Positions 1 through 9,573 of a stretch of 32,000 bases of DNA are shown here, in pieces (within the stretch, counting starts at the first letter, position 1; every line of letters begins with the position of its first letter). Origin of the DNA: Mucisphaera calidilacus (lineage in GTDB: Bacteria > Planctomycetota > Phycisphaerae > Phycisphaerales > Phycisphaeraceae); assembly GCF_007748075.1 (NCBI RefSeq), contig NZ_CP036280.1, positions 720,001 through 752,000 on the forward strand, in the 5' to 3' direction. The position numbers were made by a program, and so were the translations under genes. The notes under the pieces were generated by a model, which did not search any database, was not told where the DNA came from, and was given only the letters and a program-made list of their open reading frames with translations.

Positions 1-128
1 CCGTCGGGTTGATCATGCTCACGATGCTCTCGGGGTTCCGCCGCGGGGCCTGAACGCCCGCCACTCTGCTACACTCTCGTGCTGCGCTAAGAGCGCACGG
101 GAAGTTCGCAACCAGCAGGAAATATGCC

Positions 129-1274
129 GTGAAGCAGAAGACCGAGGCGATCCACGCCGGCGTTTATCAGGACAAGACATGGGGCTCCGTGACGACGCCC
201 ATCTACCCGTCGTCCACCTTCACGTTTCCCAAACTCGGCGAACACCCGGTCTTCGACTACACCCGCTCCGGCAACCCGACCCGTGCCGGCCTCGAAGAGA
301 GCCTCGCGGCACTCGAGGGCGGCAAGGTCGCTCTCGCTACCTCGACCGGCATGTCGGCCATCACGACGACGCTCTTCCTCTTCCAGTCGGGCGATCACGT
401 CATCGCGGGCAACGACATCTACGGCGGAACCTACCGGCTCTTCGACGCCATCATGCCGAAGATGGGCATCAATTTCACCTTCGTCGACATGCGCGATCCC
501 GATGCTGTCCGTGCCGCGATCCGACCCGAGACCAAGGGGCTCTGGATCGAGACGCCCAGCAACCCGCTGCTCAACATCACCGACGTCAAGGCCATGACCG
601 CGATCGCCAGAGAGCACAAGCTGCTGACCATCGCCGACAACACCTTCCTCTCCCCCGTGTTCCAGCGGCCGCTCGACCTGGGTGTTGACATCGTGCTGCA
701 CTCGACGACCAAGTACATCAACGGTCACAGCGACGTCGTCGGCGGGGCGGTGATCGCCGCTGATCCCGAGATCGGCCAGCGGGTGCGCGACGCCGGCAAC
801 GCCATCGGCACGGCCTGTTCACCCTTCGACGCCTTCCTCGTGCTGCGTGGCATCAAGACCCTGCCCGTGCGCATGGCCGAGCACGCACGCAACGCTCAGG
901 TCATCGCAGCCTGGCTCGAGAAACACCCAAGGGTCCAACGCGTCTATTACCCCGGCCTCGACAGCCACCCTCAGAAGGCTCTGATCGATCAGCAGATGCT
1001 CGGGCCGGGCGGCATGCTCAGCTTCGACCTGGACGCCGACGAACAGCAGATCCCCGCCTTCTACGGCGCACTCGAACTCTTCCTGCTGGCCGAATCCCTC
1101 GGCGGGGTCGAGTCGCTCGTCGAACAGCCCTGGTCCATGAGCCACGCCTCGATGGGGCCCGACGGGCTTGCCGCATCCGGCATCACCCCGCAGACGGTGC
1201 GTGTCAGCGTCGGCCTTGAGGCGACCGAAGACCTCATCGCCGACCTCGAACGCGGGTTCGCCGCGATCGGATAA
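129..1274 (+). CDS. Cys/Met-metabolism PLP-dependent enzyme (cystathionine gamma-synthase / beta-lyase / methionine gamma-lyase family)
   Basis: 381-aa ORF with GTG start at 129. Family signatures 'YTRSGNPTR' near the N-terminus and the PLP-lysine motif 'HSTTKYINGHSD'. Length is typical of MetB/MetC-type enzymes. The exact reaction cannot be assigned from sequence alone. Confidence 0.85.
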   Translation: MKQKTEAIHAGVYQDKTWGSVTTPIYPSSTFTFPKLGEHPVFDYTRSGNPTRAGLEESLAALEGGKVALATSTGMSAITTTLFLFQSGDHVIAGNDIYGGTYRLFDAIMPKMGINFTFVDMRDPDAVRAAIRPETKGLWIETPSNPLLNITDVKAMTAIAREHKLLTIADNTFLSPVFQRPLDLGVDIVLHSTTKYINGHSDVVGGAVIAADPEIGQRVRDAGNAIGTACSPFDAFLVLRGIKTLPVRMAEHARNAQVIAAWLEKHPRVQRVYYPGLDSHPQKALIDQQMLGPGGMLSFDLDADEQQIPAFYGALELFLLAESLGGVESLVEQPWSMSHASMGPDGLAASGITPQTVRVSVGLEATEDLIADLERGFAAIG

Positions 1275-1437
1275 GCCCTGACAGACCGCCACGCGTTTCC
1301 CGGGGATCGTGAGCAAAGCCAACAGTCCGCCAACGCATAAGGCGATGACGACCTGTTAGTCTGATGACAGCGATCAGCCAGCTGATCGGGTTCAGTCCCG
1401 GGTCGCGGTCCGTTGTGTGCCCCCCCAGAATCGAGGC

Positions 1438-4400
1438 ATGCCGGTGGAAGCTCTCATCGTCGTCGTCGTACTGATCACGGTGATATCGGTGCCGCTGTGC
1501 GTGATCTACCTGCTCATCGCCAACGCAAGTGCCCGCCGCCGACTCGACGAACTGGAGCACGAGCTCAGGCTGGTACGCGCCCGAATGAATCAAGCGCTGC
1601 CACCGCCAACACCCCCGACCCCGGAATCGATCAGCAGTCAGCCGGTCGCCGAGACATCACCATCGCGCACCGAGCGGCTCCACGAAGTCCTTGCCGAAAG
1701 GCGAGCGCAGGCGACGGCCGAATCACAATCAGTCGCCGAGACACCTATATCACCCCCTGAAAGCCAGACCGCTGAGGGAAGCCCGCCGGAGGCAGCGGAA
1801 ACAACGAGCCCGATCGCGGACGACCTCGATGAGTCCGTAATTGTCACGAGCGATGAATCTGAGGACGACGACACTCCCGGCGAGCGTCCGTCGCCTGAAT
1901 CGCTTGAGGATGTGCTGGGTTCACGGATCTTCGTCTGGATCGGCGGGATCGCAATCGCTCTGGGTGGCGCGTTTCTCGTGAAGTATTCCTGGGACAACGA
2001 CCTGCTCTCGGCGCAGGTCAGGCTGAGCATCGGCGCCCTGATCGCTCTGATGTGCACCGGCGTGGGATACTGGATGAAGCCGCGTGCCGAGCGTGTCGCG
2101 GCGGCTCTTGTCGGAGCGGGCATCGCCATCGCTTACGGCGTGACCTTCGCCGCGACCAGCGTCTACCACTTCCTCGGTCCGACTTCCGGCTTCATACTCA
2201 TGGGGCTGATCACAGCAGCCGCCGTCATGCTCTCGCTGAGACACGGGATGTACGTCGCGATGCTCGCGCTGCTCGGCGGCTTTGTCACGCCCGTGCTGGT
2301 GGGCGATTCCGACGGCTCGATGGCCGGTCTCTTTGCCTACCTCATCGTCCTGCAGACCGGGCTGGTCGTGGTCACGCGTCGACGCGGCTGGATCGGTATT
2401 TCGGGGCTGACACTCGTGGGGTCGATCGTCTGGTCGGTGGTGATGGCCTTGACCGGGCTTGGCGGACCCGACGGAACCTTCTGGGGCGGGCTCCTGCTCG
2501 TTGCTTCCTGTGTGGTCTATGTGCTGCACGCGGCGCGCGCCGAGGCATCGACGCAACAGCAGTCCCTGCTCACGCCGCTCCGGCTGGCCATGGGAGCCAT
2601 CGGGGCCTCGGCCGCACTGCTCGGCATCCTGCTCGCCTCATCGGGTTATGACCCGTCCACGCTCATCATGCTCGCGGTCCTCTCCGCCGGCAGCCTCGCG
2701 CTCGCGCACTTCGACGCACGCTACCGAGCCATACCCTGGCTGACGCTGGTCATCGCCTGGTTGATGCTCCTGGGCGTGAATCACGATCTCGACGCGGACA
2801 GCCTGCGCCGCATCGCGCTTCTGTTCGGCGGTCTCTTCTCCTCGGGTGCCTGCCTGAGCCTGCTGCTGGGTCGGCACCGAAGAGAACTCATCCTCATGAG
2901 CTGCGTCGGGCTGATGCTCTTTGTCGCGCTGGTGGCATTGATACGCCCTGTTGAGGAGCAGGCGCCGCTGCTGCTCTGGTGGGTGATGACGATCATCGCG
3001 GGGGCCTACGCGTTGCTCGCGTGGGTCATGCGTGGCCGATATCGCGAGGCCGCCGGCGGACTCGCCCTGACGGTCGTCGCCTGGCTGACGTGGGCCGCTT
3101 CCAGAGGTATCGAGCTTCCCTGGACCGTCCTGGCCTGGTCCTTGCTTGCTGTGGCCGCCTGCATGCTCGCGCCTCGGCTGCGCATGATGCGCTACCTGCG
3201 ATGGTCACTGGCCTGGCTGCTCCCGCTCATCGGATCCTTCCTGCTCGTCGCCATCACCAGGCAGTCATGGGCTACGCCCGGCACCACCAGCATGATCTAC
3301 TACGTCCCCTCCCTGCTGATCGGACTTGCAGCCTTGCAGATGCATCGCAGACGCCAGATGTTCGCACGTGACGTGCTCTCGGTCATGGCCGTTCTCCTGT
3401 CGCTGATCGGCTCTCTACGGCTGGTGCATCAGGTCTTCCATGGCAAGATGACCGAGCAGCCGCCCGAAGGGCTTACCGAGTGGGGGTGCTACGTGCTCCT
3501 GCTGCTCGTTTATCCGACGGCCATGCTCCTGATCGATCGCTGGCGTTCACTCACGAGCACACTCACCCAACTCGCGAAGATCCTGAGCGGACTTGCCGCG
3601 GCCACCACGCTCGCGGCGCTCGCCCTCTTCGCCAACCCGATCATCCTCGATGTCGATCTCGCAGGCGGGATCATCTTCAACGAAGCCACGCTCTTCTACG
3701 GCCTCGCTGCGGCGCTGCTGCTCTGGCTCTCCCAGGAACGCATCATGCGCACTGAGGCGGGGGCTATCTGGCTCGGCATCATCGGCTTGTCACTCATCGG
3801 ATGGCTGGGCGTGGTGCTGATCCGCGACGGTTTCGCCGGTGAGAACAGCCTGGTCTGGACGCCCCTCTCGGCGTCCGAGTGGACAACGCACACGCTCTGG
3901 TTCATCGCTCTGGCGTTCATCGCTCAACGCCAACGATTCGCCGATCACATCCCGGCCTTGAATCGAATGCTGCCGGTCTACCTTCTGATCGGACTCGCAG
4001 CCGGCGCCGGCTGCCTGTCGTTCGGCAACCCGCTCTGGCTTGATCAGGCCAACGGATCATGGCCCGTCCTCAACGCTGTGCTCTACGCCTACGGCACGCC
4101 TGTGGTTGCCTTCGCATTCGCCACGCGTTACTTCAACAGCATCACAAGGCCTGTGCCTTTCGGCCCGACGTTCGCCGTCTCGTCGCTCGTGATGCTTTTC
4201 GTACTGGTCACCCTGCAGGTCCGGCACGCCTTCACAGGGGGAGCGATGCTCATCGAGAACGACCTGATCAACCGCACCGAGTGGTACGCCTACTCGGTCG
4301 CCTGGCTGGCGCTCGGCGCGGCATTGCTGACCACCGGCCTCCTCGTTCACAGCCGTGCTCTGCGTTTCGGATCGCTCATCGTGGTGCTCCTCGCCGTCGG

Positions 4401-4536
4401 CAAGGTCTTCCTGCTCGACACGACGCAACTCGACGGCCTCTACCGTGTAGCGAGCTTCTTCGGGCTCGGCCTCAGTCTCCTGGCCGTCGGCTACGTCTAC
4501 CAGCGCTTCGTTTTCGGAAGACCCGTCAGTTCCTGA
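1438..4536 (+). CDS. large polytopic membrane protein, DUF2339-like
   Basis: The ORF opens at 1417 (GTG), but the in-frame ATG at 1438 (MPVEALIVVVV...) is the likelier start. It has an N-terminal TM helix, a short coiled-coil-like 'RRRLDELEHELRLVRARM' and a P/E/S/T-rich linker, followed by more than 20 hydrophobic segments. The first conserved block 'IGGIAIALGGAFLVKYSWDN' and the C-terminal 'GKVFLLDTTQLDGLYRVASFFGLGLSLLAVGYVYQRF' match my recollection of the DUF2339 family. Confidence 0.75.
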   Translation: MPVEALIVVVVLITVISVPLCVIYLLIANASARRRLDELEHELRLVRARMNQALPPPTPPTPESISSQPVAETSPSRTERLHEVLAERRAQATAESQSVAETPISPPESQTAEGSPPEAAETTSPIADDLDESVIVTSDESEDDDTPGERPSPESLEDVLGSRIFVWIGGIAIALGGAFLVKYSWDNDLLSAQVRLSIGALIALMCTGVGYWMKPRAERVAAALVGAGIAIAYGVTFAATSVYHFLGPTSGFILMGLITAAAVMLSLRHGMYVAMLALLGGFVTPVLVGDSDGSMAGLFAYLIVLQTGLVVVTRRRGWIGISGLTLVGSIVWSVVMALTGLGGPDGTFWGGLLLVASCVVYVLHAARAEASTQQQSLLTPLRLAMGAIGASAALLGILLASSGYDPSTLIMLAVLSAGSLALAHFDARYRAIPWLTLVIAWLMLLGVNHDLDADSLRRIALLFGGLFSSGACLSLLLGRHRRELILMSCVGLMLFVALVALIRPVEEQAPLLLWWVMTIIAGAYALLAWVMRGRYREAAGGLALTVVAWLTWAASRGIELPWTVLAWSLLAVAACMLAPRLRMMRYLRWSLAWLLPLIGSFLLVAITRQSWATPGTTSMIYYVPSLLIGLAALQMHRRRQMFARDVLSVMAVLLSLIGSLRLVHQVFHGKMTEQPPEGLTEWGCYVLLLLVYPTAMLLIDRWRSLTSTLTQLAKILSGLAAATTLAALALFANPIILDVDLAGGIIFNEATLFYGLAAALLLWLSQERIMRTEAGAIWLGIIGLSLIGWLGVVLIRDGFAGENSLVWTPLSASEWTTHTLWFIALAFIAQRQRFADHIPALNRMLPVYLLIGLAAGAGCLSFGNPLWLDQANGSWPVLNAVLYAYGTPVVAFAFATRYFNSITRPVPFGPTFAVSSLVMLFVLVTLQVRHAFTGGAMLIENDLINRTEWYAYSVAWLALGAALLTTGLLVHSRALRFGSLIVVLLAVGKVFLLDTTQLDGLYRVASFFGLGLSLLAVGYVYQRFVFGRPVSS

Positions 4537-4643
4537 TGTCGGCGATTTCACTTTTTCTTCCCTTTCCGGACGCGCTCGGTCCCGTCGCCTAACGTTCTGT
4601 GCATCAAAGTGACGAATCCATTACCCGAACGAAAGGAAACACG

Positions 4644-5195
4644 ATGCGTGCGATCACGACCGGAACTCTGGCTCTCACCGCGGCCTCCATGCTTGCCTTT
4701 GCCGCAACTCCAGTCATGGCATGCAGTAGCTGCGGATGCTCCTCGAGCGATGGCCACGACAAGAAGAAGGCCGACATCGTCGATACCGCGGTCTCAGCCG
4801 GCAAGTTCAAGACGCTCGTCGCGGCAGTGACCACAGCCGAATTGGTCAGCGTTCTCAAGAGTGACGGGCCCTTCACAGTGCTCGCTCCCACCGACGCCGC
4901 CTTCGACAAGTTGCCCCACGGCACCGTCGACTCGCTGCTCAAGCCGGAGAACCGCGAGCAACTCGTATCGATCCTGACCTACCACGTCATCGCCGGTGAG
5001 ATCGAAGCCTCCGCAGCCATCAAGGCCGGCGAAGCGACGACACTCCAGGGCGGCGAGCTTGAGTTCTCAGTCGAGAGCGCCGACGGCAAACTCATGGCCA
5101 TGGTCAACGACATCAACATTGTCTACACCGACATCGAGACCTCCAACGGCATCATCCATGTCATCGATGAGGTCCTGATCCCCGAAGCCGAGTAA
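4644..5195 (+). CDS. fasciclin (FAS1) domain protein, probable lipoprotein
   Basis: ATG at 4644 preceded by 'gaaaggaaac' (SD-like). Signal peptide ends in a lipobox-like 'VMAC'. FAS1 motifs 'FTVLAPTDAAF', 'LTYHVI' and 'NGIIHVIDEVL'. The upstream extension to 4599 is unlikely to be translated. Confidence 0.85.
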   Translation: MRAITTGTLALTAASMLAFAATPVMACSSCGCSSSDGHDKKKADIVDTAVSAGKFKTLVAAVTTAELVSVLKSDGPFTVLAPTDAAFDKLPHGTVDSLLKPENREQLVSILTYHVIAGEIEASAAIKAGEATTLQGGELEFSVESADGKLMAMVNDINIVYTDIETSNGIIHVIDEVLIPEAE

Positions 5196-5224
5196 GCACG
5201 GCTACAACAACGCCCCCTTTTCAG

Positions 5225-5263
5225 GGCTCTGCCTCTCGCGCGAGGGGCGGGGCCTTTTTGTTT
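5225..5263 (+). terminator. intrinsic terminator after the fasciclin gene
   Basis: 13-bp stem 5225-5237 / 5242-5254 (ggctctgcctctc / gaggggcggggcc) with three G-U pairs that only form in the plus-strand RNA. Loop is gcgc, followed by TTTTTgTTT. Confidence 0.6.
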
Positions 5264-5272
5264 GCCTCCGGA

Positions 5273-6517
5273 CTACGGTCGTGACAGCCCGCCATCGGGG
5301 TAACGAGCCTGTGTCCACTGCACGACAGCGGGATCACAAGGGAATCGTTCCGCCAGTTTCTCGTCCAGGTCAACGCCAAAGCCCGGCGCGTTATTCGGAT
5401 AGAGATAGCCGTCTCTGAATTCGGGGCAACCCGGGAAGACCTCACGCGTCGTGTCGGTGAACGGCTGCAACTCCTGCACGCCGAAGTTGGGCAGCGTCAG
5501 ATTCAGGTGCAGGTTCGCCATGTGTCCCACGGGAGACAGATCACCCGGTCCGTGCCAGGCAGCACGCACGCCAAACGCCTCCGCCACCGTCGCCGCCTTG
5601 CGTGCCGGCGTCAGGCCGCCGAGCTGACTGATGTGCATGCGGATGAAGTCGATCCACCGGTTCGACACCAGCGGTAGCCACTCGTTGGGGTTGTTGAACA
5701 ACTCGCCCACAGCCTGCGGGGTGGTCGTTGCCCCACGCATCCGCTCGTACCACCCGATGTCCTCAGGCGGCAGCGCGTCCTCAAGAAAGAAGAGCCGGAA
5801 CCGCTCCATCTCCCTGGCGAACGCGATCGCCTCAGCCGGCGCCAGTCGACCGTGTACGTCGTGCAGCAGCTCGACCTGATCGCCGAAGGTGCTGCGCACG
5901 TGATCGAACGCAGTGATCGTCGAACGCGTGTACTGCACCGGGTCAAAGTAAGCACCGTCCAGCGCGCCATCCGGCTTGTGGATCGGCCGTTCAGCAGCGC
6001 CGCCATACGCCATCCCGCCCGCCTCGCCCGAGTTGCGTGTCTCAGCCGAACCCCCGCCGAAGCGGATCCGCACGTGTGACATCCCCTGATCCAGCTGCGC
6101 CCGGACGTGTTCGGTCAACTCATCTAGGCTGCGCCCGTCGGCGTGCTGATAGACCGCCGCCGCCTCGCGCATCTTCCCGCCGAACAGCTCGTAGATCGGC
6201 AGCCCCGCCACCTTGCCCTTGATATCCCACAACGCCATGTCGATCGCCGAGACCGCGTTGTTCAGCACCGGCCCGTGACGCCAGTAGCTGTTGACCATCA
6301 TCAGCCGCCACAGCTCCTCGATCCGAGCCGCCTCACGCCCGAGCAGCAGCGGACGCAGGTAATCCACGATCGCGCTGCGCACCGGCAGGTAACGCTGGGT
6401 GAACGTCCCGCAGCCCAGGCCGTACAACTCGGGCTCGGAGGTGTCGACGCGCGCGACCAGCAGGTTGCGACCCATCGGTGCCGTGAGGATGACGCGGATG
6501 TCCCGGATCGTGATCAC
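5273..6517 (-). CDS. enolase-superfamily sugar-acid dehydratase, D-mannonate dehydratase (ManD) / galactonate dehydratase-like
   Basis: Recognisable from 'VITIRDIRVILTAPMGRNLLVARVDTSEPELYGLGCGTFTQR', 'AVSAIDMALWDIKGKVAGLPIYELFGG' and 'LFFLEDALPPED', typical of the ManD/RspA subgroup. GTG start at 6517 sits 1 nt after the upstream TAG (6521-6519). The track ORF extension to 6751 overlaps the upstream gene and is R/S-rich noise. Confidence 0.8.
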   Translation of the reverse strand: MITIRDIRVILTAPMGRNLLVARVDTSEPELYGLGCGTFTQRYLPVRSAIVDYLRPLLLGREAARIEELWRLMMVNSYWRHGPVLNNAVSAIDMALWDIKGKVAGLPIYELFGGKMREAAAVYQHADGRSLDELTEHVRAQLDQGMSHVRIRFGGGSAETRNSGEAGGMAYGGAAERPIHKPDGALDGAYFDPVQYTRSTITAFDHVRSTFGDQVELLHDVHGRLAPAEAIAFAREMERFRLFFLEDALPPEDIGWYERMRGATTTPQAVGELFNNPNEWLPLVSNRWIDFIRMHISQLGGLTPARKAATVAEAFGVRAAWHGPGDLSPVGHMANLHLNLTLPNFGVQELQPFTDTTREVFPGCPEFRDGYLYPNNAPGFGVDLDEKLAERFPCDPAVVQWTQARYPDGGLSRP

Positions 6518-6518
6518 G

Positions 6519-7424
6519 CTATGACTCCGGTTGCGGGGCTTCGGTTCGGCACAGCGTATCGAGGACAGCTCTTGCGGTCTGAGCAACCGCCAGCTCCGGG
6601 TCGGTACTGGCCCAGCGAGGGTGACTCGGCTCTGCCGTGACCGGTCCCGTGTAACCAATCGTGCGCAACGCCTCGATGAAGCCCGCGTTGTCGTACACCC
6701 CCGTCGCACCCGGCAACTCACGCTCATGGACGGTCTGCGCCTCGATCGCACGCCCCCGGATCCCGTCGCAGACGTGCACCACGACCACCTGATCCGCCTC
6801 CAGCGCCTCGATGTCCTCCACGGATTCTCCCGCCGTCGCCCAGTGCAGCGTGTCGAGCATCAAGCCGACGTTCGGCTGCCCGGCATCGTGGAGCAACCTC
6901 AGCGTCCCGCGCATGTTGTGAATAAAGGGATGCGGATGCCCACGCCGCCGGGTGACCGGCGCGACATACTCCACGCCAAGGCGGATGTCGTGATCCGCGA
7001 GCACCGGAGCAACCTGCCTGATGCGAACGACGTGCCGGCGATGATTCGCCGCCGTGTCGCGCTCATCATCAAACGGCAGCATCACCACACCCGCTCGCGT
7101 GTACCCCAGCCGCTGAGCCGTCTTCGCCCGCTCGGGCAGCAGACGCATCATCTCCGCCCACTCACCATCGGAAGCCGACAGGGTGCGCGTCGTGATCGAG
7201 ACGTAGCCCGGCCGAATCCCACGCTCCTCCAACAGGTCGGCGAAGCGTTCAACACCAAACGTGTCGAGAAAATCCGCGTACGCGTTGAGTCGGAGGTCCA
7301 GGCCCGGAAAACCATGACGCGCGGCCAGGTAGGCACCAACATCGGGCGTCATACGCGCACCCACCATGTCGGTCATCAGCGACGCGTACATCTCGGGTTG
7401 GGTGGCTTGTGTCACCGTTGGCAT
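6519..7424 (-). CDS. sugar phosphate isomerase/epimerase (xylose isomerase-like TIM barrel)
   Basis: ATG at 7424 (MPTVTQ...). Motifs 'GLMLDTLHW', 'VVVVHVCD' and 'GYTGPVTAEPS' are typical of the AP_endonuc_2 / xylose-isomerase-like fold. Confidence 0.75.
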   Translation of the reverse strand: MPTVTQATQPEMYASLMTDMVGARMTPDVGAYLAARHGFPGLDLRLNAYADFLDTFGVERFADLLEERGIRPGYVSITTRTLSASDGEWAEMMRLLPERAKTAQRLGYTRAGVVMLPFDDERDTAANHRRHVVRIRQVAPVLADHDIRLGVEYVAPVTRRRGHPHPFIHNMRGTLRLLHDAGQPNVGLMLDTLHWATAGESVEDIEALEADQVVVVHVCDGIRGRAIEAQTVHERELPGATGVYDNAGFIEALRTIGYTGPVTAEPSHPRWASTDPELAVAQTARAVLDTLCRTEAPQPES

Positions 7425-7456
7425 ACTCGGAGATAACCCTCTCGCAGGGCGGTGGC

Positions 7457-8536
7457 TCAGCAGGCCATCTGCGCGTGGCACTGATCGAGCACGGCCATCT
7501 GTCGGCGGACACTCTCAGGCGTCACCGTCAAAGTGCCCCGGCCACGCAGCACGTCCAGCAGGTTCCGGTAGAACAGCACCGCGGTGATCGGCTCGTCCTT
7601 GGGATCCTCCCACGACGCCGACTGCCATTCGTACGCCTCGTGCTGATAAGCACGACCCTCCGCGGGCCCCTCGTCAGCATGACGCTCGGGCATCGTGTTC
7701 CAGTCCACCCAGCGCCACTCCAGGCGATCCGTCGTGCCGCGCAGACCACCAGCGGTCCCCCAGACGTGCCAGCGATCCTCGGGAAAGACGCAGCAACTCG
7801 ACGACTCGATATCAATCGTGGGATGCCCCTCGCCACGCAGGATCACCTTGACGTGATCCTCCGCGTCACCCATCGACAACGCGTGCTGCATGTCGACAAA
7901 CACCTCGGGGTCACCCTCGCCGAACAACTCGAGCGCGTGATCGAGCAGGTGGGCGCCGTGGTTGTGCAGCGACCCGCCACCCTGCGAACGCAGCGTCTGC
8001 CAGTCCCACCGGCGTGTGAAGAAACTCCACTCGATCCGGATCTGAACGATCCGCCCGAGAATCCCCGACCCCAACACCTCACGCACCTTGCGGAAATGCG
8101 GCTCGAATCGGCGATTCTGGAACGGTGCCAGCACACGGCCCGTCTCCTCAGCGCAGGCGATCATCCGGTCCGCGCCCTGCGTCGACAACGCCAGCGGCTT
8201 CTCCACCACAACGTGACGCCCCGCCTGCATCGCTGAACAGGCCTGTTCCTCGTGCATCAGGTTCGGCGAAGCAACCACCACCACGTCAAGCGACCCGTCG
8301 TGAATCAGGTCATCGACGCTGTTGTGCACCTGCGCACCAAACGTCTGGCGTGCCTCCTGACAGCGATGGCGATCCGGGTCGGCGACCGCGGCCACCGCGA
8401 AGTGCTCGGGCAGCGTCGACAGCCACTTGCAGTGAATGTTGAAGCCGCTCCGGCCAAGCCCGATGACGCCCACACGAAGCGGGGATAAACCCGACGATGA
8501 ATCCTGCTGCTGAATCACGACACACACCTCAGGCAC
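7457..8536 (-). CDS. Gfo/Idh/MocA family NAD(P)-dependent oxidoreductase
   Basis: Rossmann motif 'LRVGVIGLGRSGFNIH' and 'HVVVEKPLALS' (the EKP motif). Start is uncertain: GTG at 8536, 8527 or 8518. The last has a GAGG about 9 nt upstream. Confidence 0.85.
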   Translation of the reverse strand: MPEVCVVIQQQDSSSGLSPLRVGVIGLGRSGFNIHCKWLSTLPEHFAVAAVADPDRHRCQEARQTFGAQVHNSVDDLIHDGSLDVVVVASPNLMHEEQACSAMQAGRHVVVEKPLALSTQGADRMIACAEETGRVLAPFQNRRFEPHFRKVREVLGSGILGRIVQIRIEWSFFTRRWDWQTLRSQGGGSLHNHGAHLLDHALELFGEGDPEVFVDMQHALSMGDAEDHVKVILRGEGHPTIDIESSSCCVFPEDRWHVWGTAGGLRGTTDRLEWRWVDWNTMPERHADEGPAEGRAYQHEAYEWQSASWEDPKDEPITAVLFYRNLLDVLRGRGTLTVTPESVRRQMAVLDQCHAQMAC

Positions 8537-8542
8537 CAGCCG

Positions 8543-9535
8543 TTAACGAATCCGCGACTCGGTCTGCCACACGTCCATGTTCGGCCCCAGAATCTGTTTG
8601 ACCGATTCAGTGATCGACGAGAGCTCGTCCAGGTCTTGCTGCGACAGCTTCACGTCCGCAGCAGCGGCATTACGCTTCACCTGCTCCGGCATGCTCGCGC
8701 CCACCAGGACACTCGTCACCGTCGGCTGGGCCAGCAGCCAGGCGATCGAGACGTCCGCCATGCTCTGGCCGACACGCTCAGCAACAGCCCGGACACCCGC
8801 GATGGCCTCGAACGCCTCCGTCTCGCAGCCCGGCTCCGAGTGACGCGCCTGCGGCCGTGTGCTCGCGAAAATACGCGTCCGCGCACGCTCGTCGGGCACC
8901 TCGTCCGCGTTGCTGAACTTGCCCGCAAGCAGGCCCTGAGCGATCGGCGAGTAGCACAGCATCCCCATGTTGTGTTTGAGCATGATCTCCACCACCTCGA
9001 ACTCCGGGGCACGGTTCAGAAGGTTGTAAGCGATCTGATTGCTCACCAGCGAACAAACGCCCAGCGCCTCGGTCAGGTCCACCGGACCGAAATTACTCAC
9101 GCCCAGCGAACGCACCCTGCCCGACGTCACCAGGTTCTCCATCGCGCGCAGCGTCTCCTCCACCGGCACCACGTTCTTCGGCCAGTGAATCTGGTAGAGA
9201 TCGATGTAGTCCGTGTTCAAACGCTCGCACGCCAACGCGAACTCGGTCTCGACGTCCTGCGCCGTCAGGCTCGGCGTGTTGATCTTGTCGGCGACAATCA
9301 CCTTCTCACGCAGCCCGCCCGCCAACGCTCGGCCGAGGACCACCTCCGCCGCGCCGTTGCCGTAGCCGGGCGCCGTGTCAAAAAAATTGATCCCCGCGTC
9401 GTACGCGGTGTGAATCGCCTCGATCGCCTGTGTCTCTTCAACACCCGAGTAGGTCGGGTTGGCCACGATCGACATGCTGCCGAACGCGATACGCGACACC
9501 TTCAGGCCCGAATCACCAAGCTCCATGTACTGCAT
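8543..9535 (-). CDS. aldo/keto reductase
   Basis: 'MELGDSGLKVSRIAFGSM', 'INFFDTAPGYGNG', 'IDLYQIHWP' and 'VRSLGVSNF' are classic AKR blocks. A GGAG lies about 10 nt upstream of the ATG at 9535. Confidence 0.9.
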   Translation of the reverse strand: MQYMELGDSGLKVSRIAFGSMSIVANPTYSGVEETQAIEAIHTAYDAGINFFDTAPGYGNGAAEVVLGRALAGGLREKVIVADKINTPSLTAQDVETEFALACERLNTDYIDLYQIHWPKNVVPVEETLRAMENLVTSGRVRSLGVSNFGPVDLTEALGVCSLVSNQIAYNLLNRAPEFEVVEIMLKHNMGMLCYSPIAQGLLAGKFSNADEVPDERARTRIFASTRPQARHSEPGCETEAFEAIAGVRAVAERVGQSMADVSIAWLLAQPTVTSVLVGASMPEQVKRNAAAADVKLSQQDLDELSSITESVKQILGPNMDVWQTESRIR

Positions 9536-9573
9536 AGCATCAAATCTCCGTGCGGAACATCGTCATCACATGC

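Noticed and set aside
3-53. Possible 3' end of an upstream plus-strand gene (frame 3: ...VGLIMLTMLSGFRRGA*)
   Set aside because: Only 16 codons are visible, which is too short to support a call.
87-728. 213-aa minus-strand ORF, plus several plus-strand off-frame ORFs (179-688, 283-597), overlapping the PLP-enzyme gene
   Set aside because: R/G/E/H-rich, low-complexity translations with no recognisable motif. The 129-1274 frame carries clear family motifs, so these are typical GC-rich shadow ORFs.
6518-6751. N-terminal extension of the ManD-like ORF (the track starts it at 6751)
   Set aside because: The extension is R/S/C-rich and overlaps the 3' end of the upstream TIM-barrel gene. Homology-like sequence begins at the GTG at 6517, right after the upstream stop.
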